Assembly (NCBI GenBank): GCA_017539105.1
Contig: JAFYHQ010000045.1
Span: forward strand, 54,320-118,319
Reading direction: 5' to 3'
Source of the DNA: Erysipelotrichaceae bacterium
GTDB taxonomy: Bacteria > Bacillota_I > Bacilli_A > Erysipelotrichales > Erysipelotrichaceae
Length of the DNA: 64,000 bases
Below the pieces are notes generated by a model. That model was given only the letters and a program-made list of their open reading frames with translations, made no database searches and was not told where the DNA came from. The position numbers and the translations under genes are program-made. How positions within the stretch are numbered: the stretch's first letter is position 1; every line of letters begins with the position of its first letter. Shown here piece after piece: positions 21,238-29,780 of the stretch.

Positions 21238-22032
21238 ATGAAGAAGGAAACTGTATCGATCCTATCGCAAAGAGGAACACTGATTCCTGCCGATATCGTT
21301 TCGGTTGAAGGCAAAGGAGGCCTGCTGATCCTGGCGCATGGCTTCAAGGCGGAACGTACGGAGGACGGAAGATTTACATTTGTAGCGGAACAGATGGCAG
21401 AGCACGGATTCCATTCAATACGGATGGATTTTCCTGCTTGCGGCGATTCAAAAGAACCTTTTATCGCTTACAGTCTGGATCACTGTCTGGAGGACATGGA
21501 GAGCTGCTTCCTGCATATGAAGGAACGCTATGAGATCGATGACCGTCTCTATCTTCTCGGCTACAGCATGGGCGGAAGACTGATTTCGCTGTTTCTCAGA
21601 AAACATCCGGAAATAAAGAAACTGGTGTTCTGGGCCGCCTGCAACCGTTCATTCGATCTGGATGATCTGTTTCTGGGACAGTCATTCAGGACACTCAAGG
21701 AACAATGCGACAGGGAAGGCTCCTGCGATTTCTATGATATCTATACACAGGAAACCGACCGGATGTCGGCAGAATTCGTCAGCAACATGCTGGAAGAGGA
21801 TGCTTTAGGTCCCTTGGAAAGTTTCAAAGGAGATGCCCTGATCCTTCAGGGAGATCATGATCAGACCATCGAAGTCGGAAACGCGCAATGGATCTATGAT
21901 CATCTGAAACAGGCTTCCGGCAGGAATCTGCATTACATCCATGGCGCCGATCATGGTTTCGGTCTATGGGATGGACGGACGCAAGACAGCGAGGAACTGA
22001 TCAAAACGACCGTATCCTTCCTGAAAGGATAA
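21238..22032 (+). CDS. Alpha/beta-hydrolase fold protein (dienelactone hydrolase/S9-like)
   Basis: HGFKAE...GYSMGG nucleophile elbow and GADHGF near the C-terminus. Its start abuts the metI stop. Confidence 0.65.
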   Translation: MKKETVSILSQRGTLIPADIVSVEGKGGLLILAHGFKAERTEDGRFTFVAEQMAEHGFHSIRMDFPACGDSKEPFIAYSLDHCLEDMESCFLHMKERYEIDDRLYLLGYSMGGRLISLFLRKHPEIKKLVFWAACNRSFDLDDLFLGQSFRTLKEQCDREGSCDFYDIYTQETDRMSAEFVSNMLEEDALGPLESFKGDALILQGDHDQTIEVGNAQWIYDHLKQASGRNLHYIHGADHGFGLWDGRTQDSEELIKTTVSFLKG

Positions 22033-22060
22033 ATGTATCCGTTTACATTGTTCCGGTATA

Positions 22061-22089
22061 TTGAAACCGCAGATCAATGATGTTAAGAT
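22061..22089 (+). promoter_or_regulatory. Promoter (-35 TTGAAA 22061-22066, 17-nt spacer, -10 TAAGAT 22084-22089) driving the riboswitch-led ECF S-component transcript
   Basis: Hexamers are read from the sequence. The predicted transcription start coincides with the riboswitch P1 5' strand. Confidence 0.4.
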
Positions 22090-22095
22090 TATTAA

Positions 22096-22212
22096 GTCCA
22101 TAAAGAGAGATGGAGAGACAAGCTCTGTGATATCTCAGCAACCTCACTGTAAGGTGCTAAAGCTTGAACGATGGGTGAAAAACATTTGCCCATCTTGTGA
22201 TGGGCTTTCTTT
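22096..22212 (+). promoter_or_regulatory. SAM-I-like (S-box) riboswitch lacking P4, with a terminator expression platform
   Basis: AGAGAGAUGGAGAGA matches the S-box P2/K-turn hallmark AGAGAGGUGGAGGGA. GCAACC...GGUGC forms the conserved P3 with a bulged A. The loop CAAGCU (22120-22125) is complementary to J3/4 AGCUUG (22161-22166), giving a pseudoknot. P1 is UCCAU (22097-22101) with AUGGG (22171-22175). The antiterminator GAUGGGU (22170-22176) with GCCCAUC (22188-22194) competes with the terminator GCCCAUC-UUGUG-GAUGGGC + UUUCUUU (22188-22212). Confidence 0.5.
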
Positions 22213-22235
22213 ATGAAAATAGGGGGAGAAATAGT

Positions 22236-22781
22236 ATGAAAAATGATTCTGTCAAGAAAGTTGTCGCTACCGGTATCGGTGCCGCATTGTTCTTTGTGCT
22301 GGCTCGTTTCGTAGCGGTTCCTAGCGGCATTCCGAACACGAATATCACGTTCCAGTATGCGATCCAGGCGGTATTTGCCGTACTGTACGGACCGGTCGTA
22401 GGATGTCTGTCAGGTTTCATCGGCCATGTGCTTTGTGACATGAGCTGGGGCGGCGTCTGGTGGAGCTGGGCGTTTGCAACAGGTGTCTATGGCCTGGTTG
22501 TCGGTTTCTTTGCAGACAAGATCAATGTCAAAGACGGCTACTTCGCTAAGAAAGAATTCTTCACGTTCGTTGTAGCAAACCTGGTGGCCAACTTGCTGGC
22601 ATGGCTGCTGATCGCTCCGATCGGCGATATCGTCATCTACAAAGAAGATGCCAAACTGGTCTTCACGCAGGGTCTGATTGCCGGCGCAGGCGACTTCCTG
22701 TTCGCAGTCGTGCTGGGCGGCTTGCTGCTCTACGGCTACTCCAAGACCGTTGCCAAGACCGGCTCGCTGGATAAAGAGTAG
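22236..22781 (+). CDS. ECF transporter S (substrate-specific) component, substrate unknown (SAM/methionine-related suggested by the leader)
   Basis: A ~180-aa hydrophobic protein with the S-component pattern (GIGAALFFVLARFVAVP..., ...LYGPVVGCLSGFIGHVL). RBS GGGGGAG precedes the ATG at 22236. An ECF A1A2-T module follows. Confidence 0.65.
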   Translation: MKNDSVKKVVATGIGAALFFVLARFVAVPSGIPNTNITFQYAIQAVFAVLYGPVVGCLSGFIGHVLCDMSWGGVWWSWAFATGVYGLVVGFFADKINVKDGYFAKKEFFTFVVANLVANLLAWLLIAPIGDIVIYKEDAKLVFTQGLIAGAGDFLFAVVLGGLLLYGYSKTVAKTGSLDKE

Positions 22782-22805
22782 ATCAAGATCCAGATTGCAA
22801 TGAAA

Positions 22806-22843
22806 AAGAAGTATCCATGATACTTCTTTTTTCTTTTTTTTGG
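22806..22843 (+). terminator. Rho-independent terminator after the S-component gene
   Basis: AAGAAGTAT-CCATGA-TACTTCTT followed by a run of T. Confidence 0.65.
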
Positions 22844-22976
22844 TTTTCAGGGAGATGAAATGAAAAAACTTTACAATATTATCTTAACAGGTGATTGTGA
22901 AACAATGGTGATAATTCCTGCATCATTTCCAGGAATCGCAGATATGCGTGATGAACATATTGTATAATGATGAAGT

Positions 22977-24689
22977 ATGAAACCGATTATTTCTTTTATG
23001 GATTTTTCTTTCCAGTACAATGCCCAGAAGCAGCCGACGCTGAAGCATATCGATCTGGACATCTATCCGGGAGAAAAGATCCTGATCTGCGGAGCCAGCG
23101 GTTCCGGCAAGAGCACGTTGGGCAATTGTATCAATGGCCTGATTCCTTTTTCTTATGAAGGAAAGATGGAAGGGGAACTGACGGTCGATGGAATCGTAAC
23201 GAAAGATTCTTCCATTTTTGAACTGTCGACCAGAGTGGGTACGGTCCTTCAGGATCCGGATGGACAGTTTGTCGGACTGACGGTGGCGGAAGATATCGCT
23301 TTCGCTTTGGAGAATGACTGCGTGGAGCAGGATGCGATGAAGAAGCAGATCATGGAAGCGGCAAAAAAGGTAGGCATCGAGGAACGCATGAACAATGCTC
23401 CGTATGATCTTTCCGGCGGTCAGAAACAGCGGGTTTCCATGGCAGGCGTCATCGTCGATGATGTCAAGATTTTATTATTCGATGAACCGTTGGCCAACCT
23501 GGATCCATATACCGGCAAGACCGCCATCGAACTGATCGATCTGATCAAGAAGCAGACCGATACCACGGTCCTGATCATCGAACACCGCATCGAGGATGTC
23601 CTGTGGGAAAAAGTCGATCGCATCATTTTGATGGATGACGGCCGGATCGTTTCCGATACGAAACCGGAAGAACTGCTGCGCAGCAGTCTTTTGTGGAAAT
23701 ATGGGATCAGGGAACCGTTGTATCTCACGCTGCTGAAATATGCGGGAATCGATGTGAATAAAGTCGAAGGGATCGACAACATCAAAGATCTACAATTAAA
23801 AGCAAACGACAAGAAAAAGATACGCGACTGGTATGAAGCCCAGAGCAAGCCTGAACGTGTGAACAATAATGATTACATCCTGGAAGTCGAACATGTGGAT
23901 TTTTCTTACGACAACAGCGAGCAGATCCTTTTCGATGTTTCTTTCAAAGTGAAACAGGGAGAGATGCTGGCGATCGTCGGAAAGAACGGCGCAGGGAAGT
24001 CCACCATGTGCAAGGTCATCTGCGGTTTCGAAAGAAACAAGACCGGGAAGATCCTTTTCAAAGGAGAAGACGTGACCCAATCCAGCATCCGTGCCAGAGC
24101 ATCCCATATCGGATACGTCATGCAGAACCCGAACCAGATGATCTCCCAGCCGATGATTTTCGATGAAGTCGCCATGGGCATCCGCAATCTGGGATTAAGT
24201 GAAGAAGAACTGCAGAAACGGGTCTATGACACACTTAAGATCTGCGGCTTGTATGAATTCCGCAACTGGCCGATTTCTGCCTTGAGTTTCGGACAGAAGA
24301 AACGAGTCACGATCGCATCCATCCTGGTCATGGGACCGGAAGTGGTGATGCTGGATGAACCGACCGCGGGACAGGATCTCAGACATTACACCGAAATCAT
24401 GGAATTCCTGAAAGAACTGAACGAAAAAGGCATCACGATTATCCTGATCACGCACGACATGCATCTGATGCTGGAATATACCGACCGTTCCATTGTCTTT
24501 ACCGATGGACGCATCGTTGCAGACAAGTCGGGTTCTGCCGTCCTTTGCGACAGGGAACTGATACAGAGAGCAGCTTTGAAGGAGACGTCGCTCTTCTATA
24601 TCGCGGAAATGACAGGCATCGATGATCCTGTGGATTTCGTCGACTGCTTCATCGCCTGCGACAGAAAGGAGCGGGACCGTGGCAACTAA
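22977..24689 (+). CDS. ECF transporter fused ATPase (EcfA1-EcfA2 tandem ABC domains)
   Basis: Two ABC domains (Walker A GASGSGKST and GKNGAGKST; signatures LSGGQKQR and LSFGQKKR); the length of 570 aa fits an A1A2 fusion. Confidence 0.9.
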   Translation: MKPIISFMDFSFQYNAQKQPTLKHIDLDIYPGEKILICGASGSGKSTLGNCINGLIPFSYEGKMEGELTVDGIVTKDSSIFELSTRVGTVLQDPDGQFVGLTVAEDIAFALENDCVEQDAMKKQIMEAAKKVGIEERMNNAPYDLSGGQKQRVSMAGVIVDDVKILLFDEPLANLDPYTGKTAIELIDLIKKQTDTTVLIIEHRIEDVLWEKVDRIILMDDGRIVSDTKPEELLRSSLLWKYGIREPLYLTLLKYAGIDVNKVEGIDNIKDLQLKANDKKKIRDWYEAQSKPERVNNNDYILEVEHVDFSYDNSEQILFDVSFKVKQGEMLAIVGKNGAGKSTMCKVICGFERNKTGKILFKGEDVTQSSIRARASHIGYVMQNPNQMISQPMIFDEVAMGIRNLGLSEEELQKRVYDTLKICGLYEFRNWPISALSFGQKKRVTIASILVMGPEVVMLDEPTAGQDLRHYTEIMEFLKELNEKGITIILITHDMHLMLEYTDRSIVFTDGRIVADKSGSAVLCDRELIQRAALKETSLFYIAEMTGIDDPVDFVDCFIACDRKERDRGN

Positions 24690-25512
24690 AGTACTGAACT
24701 ATATTCCGAAAGAAAGCTTCATCCATGGTCTTTCCGGAACCACCAAGCTGATCATTTTCCTGACCTTTTCCGTTTTATGCGGTCTTTCCTTCGATACCAG
24801 AGTTTTATTGTTCCTGCTGCTGCTTTCCTTTGTCGGTTTTTCTCTAAGCAATATCCGGCTTTCCGAAATCCGTCTGATGAGCACGTTCCTGATCATCTTC
24901 CTGGTAATGAATTTCATATTATTATTCCTTTTCAATCCGGAATACGGTCCTGAACTGTATGGTTCAAGAACGGTACTGTTCCATCTGTTCGGCAGATATG
25001 ATGTGACCATGGAACAGCTGTTCTATCAGTTCAATGTTTCCCTGAAATATGTCATCGGTTTCCCGATCGCGATCCTGTTCATTTCGACGACCAACCCGAG
25101 CGAATTCGCTTCCTCGCTGTCACAGATCGGCGTGCCGTACCGGATCAGCTATTCCGTTTCCCTGGCACTGCGATACATCCCGGATATCCAGCAGGATTAC
25201 CACGAGATCGCCCAGTCCCAGGAAGCAAGAGGCGTCGCTTTAGGCAAGGATGTCAAGTTCTTTGAACGTCTGAAGAATTCCGCCAAGATCCTGCTTCCGC
25301 TGGTACTGACCAGCCTCAACCGCATCGATGACATTTCCAATTCGATGCAGCTGAGAAGCTTCGGCAAATATAAGAAGAGAACCTGGTATACCAAGAAGAA
25401 AATGACGGCTGCGGATTACAGCGTCATTGCGTTCTGTGTCGTGCTGTTCGTAGTGGGCATGATCATCACCAATCAGGGCGGGAACAACCTTTTTAATCCT
25501 TTTGTGAGGTAG
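24679..25512 (+). CDS. ECF transporter transmembrane (T) component (EcfT/CbiQ family)
   Basis: Polytopic protein with the EcfT-like ARG region (SLALRYIPDIQ...AQSQEARG). A likely GTG start at 24679 is preceded by AAAGGAG and overlaps the ecfA stop; the longer ORF from the ATG at 24622 overlaps ecfA by 68 nt. Confidence 0.8.
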   Translation: MATKVLNYIPKESFIHGLSGTTKLIIFLTFSVLCGLSFDTRVLLFLLLLSFVGFSLSNIRLSEIRLMSTFLIIFLVMNFILLFLFNPEYGPELYGSRTVLFHLFGRYDVTMEQLFYQFNVSLKYVIGFPIAILFISTTNPSEFASSLSQIGVPYRISYSVSLALRYIPDIQQDYHEIAQSQEARGVALGKDVKFFERLKNSAKILLPLVLTSLNRIDDISNSMQLRSFGKYKKRTWYTKKKMTAADYSVIAFCVVLFVVGMIITNQGGNNLFNPFVR

Positions 25513-25514
25513 CT

Positions 25515-26357
25515 ATGAAAAAGATGCTTGTAGTTCAGACAGATTTTACTTATAAAGAAGGCGCGGTAGCAGCCATGTATGGCGTGATCAAGAGCGTGGA
25601 TCCAGACATCGAGATCATCACCGCGACCCATGAGATCCCCCAGTACGATACTTGGTCGGCATCCTATCGCCTGTACCAGTATATCGACTTCTGGCCGAAA
25701 GGAACGATCTTCATTTCCGTGGTCGATCCCGGCGTAGGAACGGACCGCAGAGCCTGTGTCGCAAAGACAAGGAACGGCTACTATATCGTGACTCCGGATA
25801 ACGGTTCTCTGACACATGCGGATCATTATTTCGGAATCGAGGAAGTTAGACAGATCGATGAAACGATCAACCGTCTGCATCGCGAAGACAACGGAGCGGT
25901 ATCGATCTTTCACGGGCGCGATCTTTTCGGTTACTGTGCAGCCAGACTGGCTTCGGGGATCATTTCCTATGAAGAAGTCGGACCTGTATACGATATCTCT
26001 GAAATCGTCCGTCACGACATCAAGGAAGCGGAAATTTTTGAAGACAGGATCGAAGGAATGTTCGAGATCAATGACCCGAATTTCGGCAATCTCTGGACGA
26101 ATATCCTCTTGAGCGATTTCCTGAAAAAACACAAGATGGGCGATCTGGTTCATACCGCGATCTATCGCGACGAAGAGAAAGTCTTCGATGACGTTCTTCC
26201 ATACTACGATTCCTTCGGCAAGGCTCCGAAGCACAGCGTGATGATCTACAACAATGAGATCAATAAGATGGGTCTGGCCGAAGTGATGGGCAATCTCTGC
26301 GAAGATTATGACTTAGGCTACGGCGAAGCATACAAGGTGGTGTTCTATGATGAATAA
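25515..26357 (+). CDS. SAM hydroxide adenosyltransferase family protein (DUF62; fluorinase/chlorinase-like fold), paralog 1
   Basis: N-terminal QTDFTYKEGAVAAMYGV, plus DNG, FHGRDLF and GNLWTNI motifs, are shared with SalL/FlA/DUF62 SAM-cleaving enzymes. Start is 3 nt after the ecfT stop. Confidence 0.75.
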   Translation: MKKMLVVQTDFTYKEGAVAAMYGVIKSVDPDIEIITATHEIPQYDTWSASYRLYQYIDFWPKGTIFISVVDPGVGTDRRACVAKTRNGYYIVTPDNGSLTHADHYFGIEEVRQIDETINRLHREDNGAVSIFHGRDLFGYCAARLASGIISYEEVGPVYDISEIVRHDIKEAEIFEDRIEGMFEINDPNFGNLWTNILLSDFLKKHKMGDLVHTAIYRDEEKVFDDVLPYYDSFGKAPKHSVMIYNNEINKMGLAEVMGNLCEDYDLGYGEAYKVVFYDE

Positions 26358-27186
26358 ACTTCTGGTATTTCAGACAGACTTCGGTCTGGACGATGGGGCG
26401 ATCAGCGCCATGGAAGGCGTCGCTTTCAGCGTCGACTTCGATCTGAATATCCGCCATCTGACGCACAATATCCCTCAGTACAACATTTTTGATGCGTCCT
26501 ATCGTTTGTATCAGGCCATCAATTACTGGCCTTCAGGGACCGTTTTTGTGTCTGTAGTAGACCCCGGCGTGGGATCGGATCGCAAGGCGGTCGTCGCCAG
26601 GACGAAGAACGACTACTATGTCGTCACCCCGGACAACGGAACCCTGACCCATATCGACCGTTTCCTGGGCATCGAAGAACTGCGGGAGATCGATGAGAAG
26701 ACAAACAGGCTGGCAGGTTCGGATCTGTCTTATACGTTCCATGGCAGAGATGTCTTCGCCTATACCGGAGCCAGACTCGCCTCCGGAAAGATCACATTCG
26801 AAGAAGTAGGACCAAAGATCGATCTGAAAGATCTGGTCCGTCAGGAACTCTATGGCTGCCATCCGATCGAAAATGGCATCATGGGGCAGATCGATATCCT
26901 GGATGTCCGTTTCGGTTCCTTGTGGACTTCGATCTCTTATAAAGATTTCATCAGCTGCGGCTTCCAGATCGGCGATGACATCCTGGTCGAGATCTTCCAC
27001 AACGATCAGAAAGTCTATTCCAACCGGATCAACTATGGAAAATCTTTTGCGGATGTCGCCATCAGCGAACCGCTGATCTATATGAATTCCGCCTATCACA
27101 TGGCGGTCGCGATCAACCAGGGATCTTTCTCCAAGGTCTATGGCATCGGCGTAGGCTCCGAATGGAAGATCACCATGACCAGATGA
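26347..27186 (+). CDS. SAM hydroxide adenosyltransferase family protein (DUF62), paralog 2
   Basis: Same motif set (QTDFGLDDGAISAMEGV, DNG, FHGRDVF, GSLWTSI). It overlaps paralog 1 by 11 nt (translational coupling). Confidence 0.75.
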   Translation: MMNKLLVFQTDFGLDDGAISAMEGVAFSVDFDLNIRHLTHNIPQYNIFDASYRLYQAINYWPSGTVFVSVVDPGVGSDRKAVVARTKNDYYVVTPDNGTLTHIDRFLGIEELREIDEKTNRLAGSDLSYTFHGRDVFAYTGARLASGKITFEEVGPKIDLKDLVRQELYGCHPIENGIMGQIDILDVRFGSLWTSISYKDFISCGFQIGDDILVEIFHNDQKVYSNRINYGKSFADVAISEPLIYMNSAYHMAVAINQGSFSKVYGIGVGSEWKITMTR

Positions 27187-27268
27187 TTTAACAATTCTTT
27201 CACAAGCGACTGATATACTTTTTTTCGAATCATAAGAAAGATTATTGTATGATAGAAAGGAGGGCTTG

Positions 27269-27772
27269 ATGAATAAGAATAAAGATCTTGATATCTTTGA
27301 ACACGACGACTGGCTGAAAAAAGAAAGAGCCAGAGAAAGCAGGATCTCTGCCTGGGATTTTGATGATGCAAAGAAACTGCGTCAGGAACACGAAGATGAC
27401 TGCGACGCTGAAGATGTGGCGCAGCTGCATCGCATTGAACACAAACGCAGCAATACGATGAAAACCCCATCCTTATCCCGGATGAACGGAACGACTTCAT
27501 CAAACGATGTCGTCTGGTTCATCATCGACATCATCGCCATGTTTGTTCTGGTATTCCTGAATAACATGATATTCCGGCGCTGGGATTTCTATTGGCCGAT
27601 CATCATCCTGTTCCTGGGAATCAATCCCGGCATCTTTATCTGGCTGGCTGTCTTCAGACGCTTCCCGCCGGCAAGATTCAGTAAGCTCTTGCTGTGTATC
27701 GCGATCCTTATCGAAGTGATCGGATTCCTGTATTTTATGATTTATTATCATGGTTATTATTATTTTTTTTAG
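27269..27772 (+). CDS. Hypothetical membrane protein (acidic N-terminal cytoplasmic region, 3-4 C-terminal TM helices), upstream partner of an SPFH protein
   Basis: RBS AAGGAGGG precedes the ATG at 27269. The C-terminal half is hydrophobic. There is a 13-nt gap to the SPFH gene. Confidence 0.5.
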   Translation: MNKNKDLDIFEHDDWLKKERARESRISAWDFDDAKKLRQEHEDDCDAEDVAQLHRIEHKRSNTMKTPSLSRMNGTTSSNDVVWFIIDIIAMFVLVFLNNMIFRRWDFYWPIIILFLGINPGIFIWLAVFRRFPPARFSKLLLCIAILIEVIGFLYFMIYYHGYYYFF

Positions 27773-27785
27773 GAGGTAAAGAAGA

Positions 27786-28670
27786 ATGATTTATGTTGTG
27801 ATTATTGCATTTGTGATCCTGCTGATCCTGATGGTCCTCTTGTCATGCATCAGCATCGTTCCTCAGGGCAATGCCTGGGTCGTGGAACGGCTGGGTAAGT
27901 ATTCCGATACCTGGAAGGCAGGTCTGCATCTCAAGACGCCTGTTCTGGAAAGAGTCGTACGTAAGATTTCCTTAAAGGAACAGGTTGCCGACTTCGAACC
28001 GCAATCCGTTATTACCAAAGATAACGTCACGATGAACGTCGACTCCGTCGTCTATTTCCAGGTCATCGATCCGAAAGCGCTGACTTATGGCGTCGAACGT
28101 CCGATTGCGGCGATCGAGAATCTCTGTGCTACCACATTGAGAAACATCATCGGTTCCATGACGCTGGATGAAACGCTGACTTCCAGAGAAAAGATCAACA
28201 ATGAGACGATCAAAGTCCTGGATGAAGCCACCAACAAGTGGGGTATCGATATCACCCGTGTCGAGGTCCAGAATATCACTCCTCCGAAGTCCATTCAGGA
28301 AGCCATGGAGAAGCAGATGAAGGCAGAACGTGAAAAGAGAGCGGTCATCCTGACGGCAGAAGGCGAGAAGCAGTCTGCGATCACCAGAGCGGAAGGCGAG
28401 AAGGAGTCTGCGATCTTAAGAGCGGATGCAGTCAGAGAAGAACGTATCCGTACCGCGCAGGGTGAAGCGGAAGCGATCCGGGCCGTTGCGGAAGCGCAGG
28501 CAAAAGCCATCGAAATGGTCAACAGCGCCCATCCTTCGAAAGAATATCTGTCGATAAGATCCATGGAAGCGGCAGAAAAAATGGCTGACGGTCAGTCAAC
28601 CAAGATCATCGTTCCATCCGATCTGCAGGATATCGCTTCATTAGCTACGATCTTCAAAGAAAGCAAGTAG
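27786..28670 (+). CDS. SPFH/Band-7 family protein (stomatin/QmcA-like)
   Basis: N-terminal TM followed by the SPFH domain (IVPQGNAWVVERLGKY...), then a coiled-coil Ala/Glu-rich region. Confidence 0.85.
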   Translation: MIYVVIIAFVILLILMVLLSCISIVPQGNAWVVERLGKYSDTWKAGLHLKTPVLERVVRKISLKEQVADFEPQSVITKDNVTMNVDSVVYFQVIDPKALTYGVERPIAAIENLCATTLRNIIGSMTLDETLTSREKINNETIKVLDEATNKWGIDITRVEVQNITPPKSIQEAMEKQMKAEREKRAVILTAEGEKQSAITRAEGEKESAILRADAVREERIRTAQGEAEAIRAVAEAQAKAIEMVNSAHPSKEYLSIRSMEAAEKMADGQSTKIIVPSDLQDIASLATIFKESK

Positions 28671-29153
28671 TCATTTCTTAAACAGCACGATTTTTGGCGC
28701 CAGTATCACGCCGATGCTTAAAGCGATGCCATCCGCCACAAAAGCAACGAAATTGCTGGTGAACTTGGCATAGAGCGGCCAGTGATACATCCAGATTTCC
28801 AGTGCTGTTTTTATTACGGCAATTCCGATGAATACCGCAAGCAGGCTGAGCAAGACTTTCAGATAAATGTTCTTCATGCGAGGCAAGAGATAGCCCAAGG
28901 ACAAACCGATAAAAGCCTGTCCGATGGCCCATGCGATCGGCAGAGACCCTCCTTTCAGCAGGTTGGAAATGATGCAGCCTGCCACACCCACGATGGTGGC
29001 GGAAGGACCCATACCCGCAAGCAGGACTCCGAATACGATATATCCGAGATCCAGCTTGATCCGGCTGATCAAAGGAATGATCACGACCGTAGATAGGACC
29101 ACATACAAAGCGATCCCTATGCCCAATATCGCTATTTTACGTTGTCTGTTCAT
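28671..29153 (-). CDS. Small polytopic membrane protein (160 aa; possibly a solitary ECF S component)
   Basis: Five predicted TM helices, size and hydropathy are reminiscent of ECF S components. It is transcribed divergently from the MarR gene. Confidence 0.4.
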   Translation of the reverse strand: MNRQRKIAILGIGIALYVVLSTVVIIPLISRIKLDLGYIVFGVLLAGMGPSATIVGVAGCIISNLLKGGSLPIAWAIGQAFIGLSLGYLLPRMKNIYLKVLLSLLAVFIGIAVIKTALEIWMYHWPLYAKFTSNFVAFVADGIALSIGVILAPKIVLFKK

Positions 29154-29166
29154 ATCTTCATTATAC

Positions 29167-29214
29167 GATAGAAAAGATTCCGTGTTTTCCTATCAAACGG
29201 CATTCTATCAAAAC
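29167..29214. promoter_or_regulatory. Candidate MarR operator: imperfect palindrome GATAGAAAAG-N8-TTTTCCTATC plus a direct repeat of TCTATCAAAAC/CCTATCAAAC
   Basis: Seen directly in the divergent intergenic region between the membrane protein (-) and MarR (+) genes. Confidence 0.35.
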
Positions 29215-29308
29215 TGTATGTTTCCTTTTCAATATATGATATATAATGTTAAAATAAGTATGGATGATACAAGCATATAATCAATGATCAGTCGGGAGGT
29301 CCGTTTTC

Positions 29309-29749
29309 ATGGAAAGAGTACTAACAAGAGAAATATCGCGCTTAGATGAGAAGATACATAAGTATATCAATAAAGTCACAAAACTGGAGGATTATTTCAA
29401 TCTGACCCAGATTCATGTGCTTGTATATCTGGTACGTCACATCGATGAAGATGTCTGTCAGAAGGACATCGAAATCGAAATGGGGCTGAAGAAAGCGACC
29501 ATTACCGGACTGATCGATATTCTGAGCGAAAAGGGATTTGTCTACAGGATACAGGCGGATGACGACAGGCGCAAGAATTATATAAAGCTTACGCAGAAGG
29601 CGATAGAATACAAAGATGAGATTGCGAAGCATATACACGAACTGAATGGTCTCATAGCTAAAGGCATTTCAAAAGAAGAACTGGAATCGTTCTATCAGAC
29701 CATCGACAAATTAAACGGGAACATGGATTCCCTGAAAGAAATGAACTGA
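29309..29749 (+). CDS. MarR-family transcriptional regulator
   Basis: The winged-helix region (IHVLVYLVRH...KATITGLIDILSEKGFVYRIQADDDRRK) is typical MarR. Confidence 0.8.
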   Translation: MERVLTREISRLDEKIHKYINKVTKLEDYFNLTQIHVLVYLVRHIDEDVCQKDIEIEMGLKKATITGLIDILSEKGFVYRIQADDDRRKNYIKLTQKAIEYKDEIAKHIHELNGLIAKGISKEELESFYQTIDKLNGNMDSLKEMN

Positions 29750-29780
29750 AAAAAAGGGTAGCTCAGCCACCCTTTGATTG

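Noticed and set aside
22033-22235. Tested the ECF S-component leader against TPP, FMN, cobalamin, THF and preQ1 riboswitch consensus motifs
   Set aside because: None of their hallmark boxes are present (no CUGAGA/ACCUGAUCUGG pair, no AGGAUAGUG..., no B12 box GCCACUG). The SAM-I-like assignment fits far better.
24622-24678. Longer EcfT ORF starting at the ATG at 24622
   Set aside because: It would overlap ecfA1A2 by 68 nt. A GTG at 24679 with an upstream AAAGGAG and a 4-nt overlap with the ecfA stop is the more plausible start; this remains uncertain.
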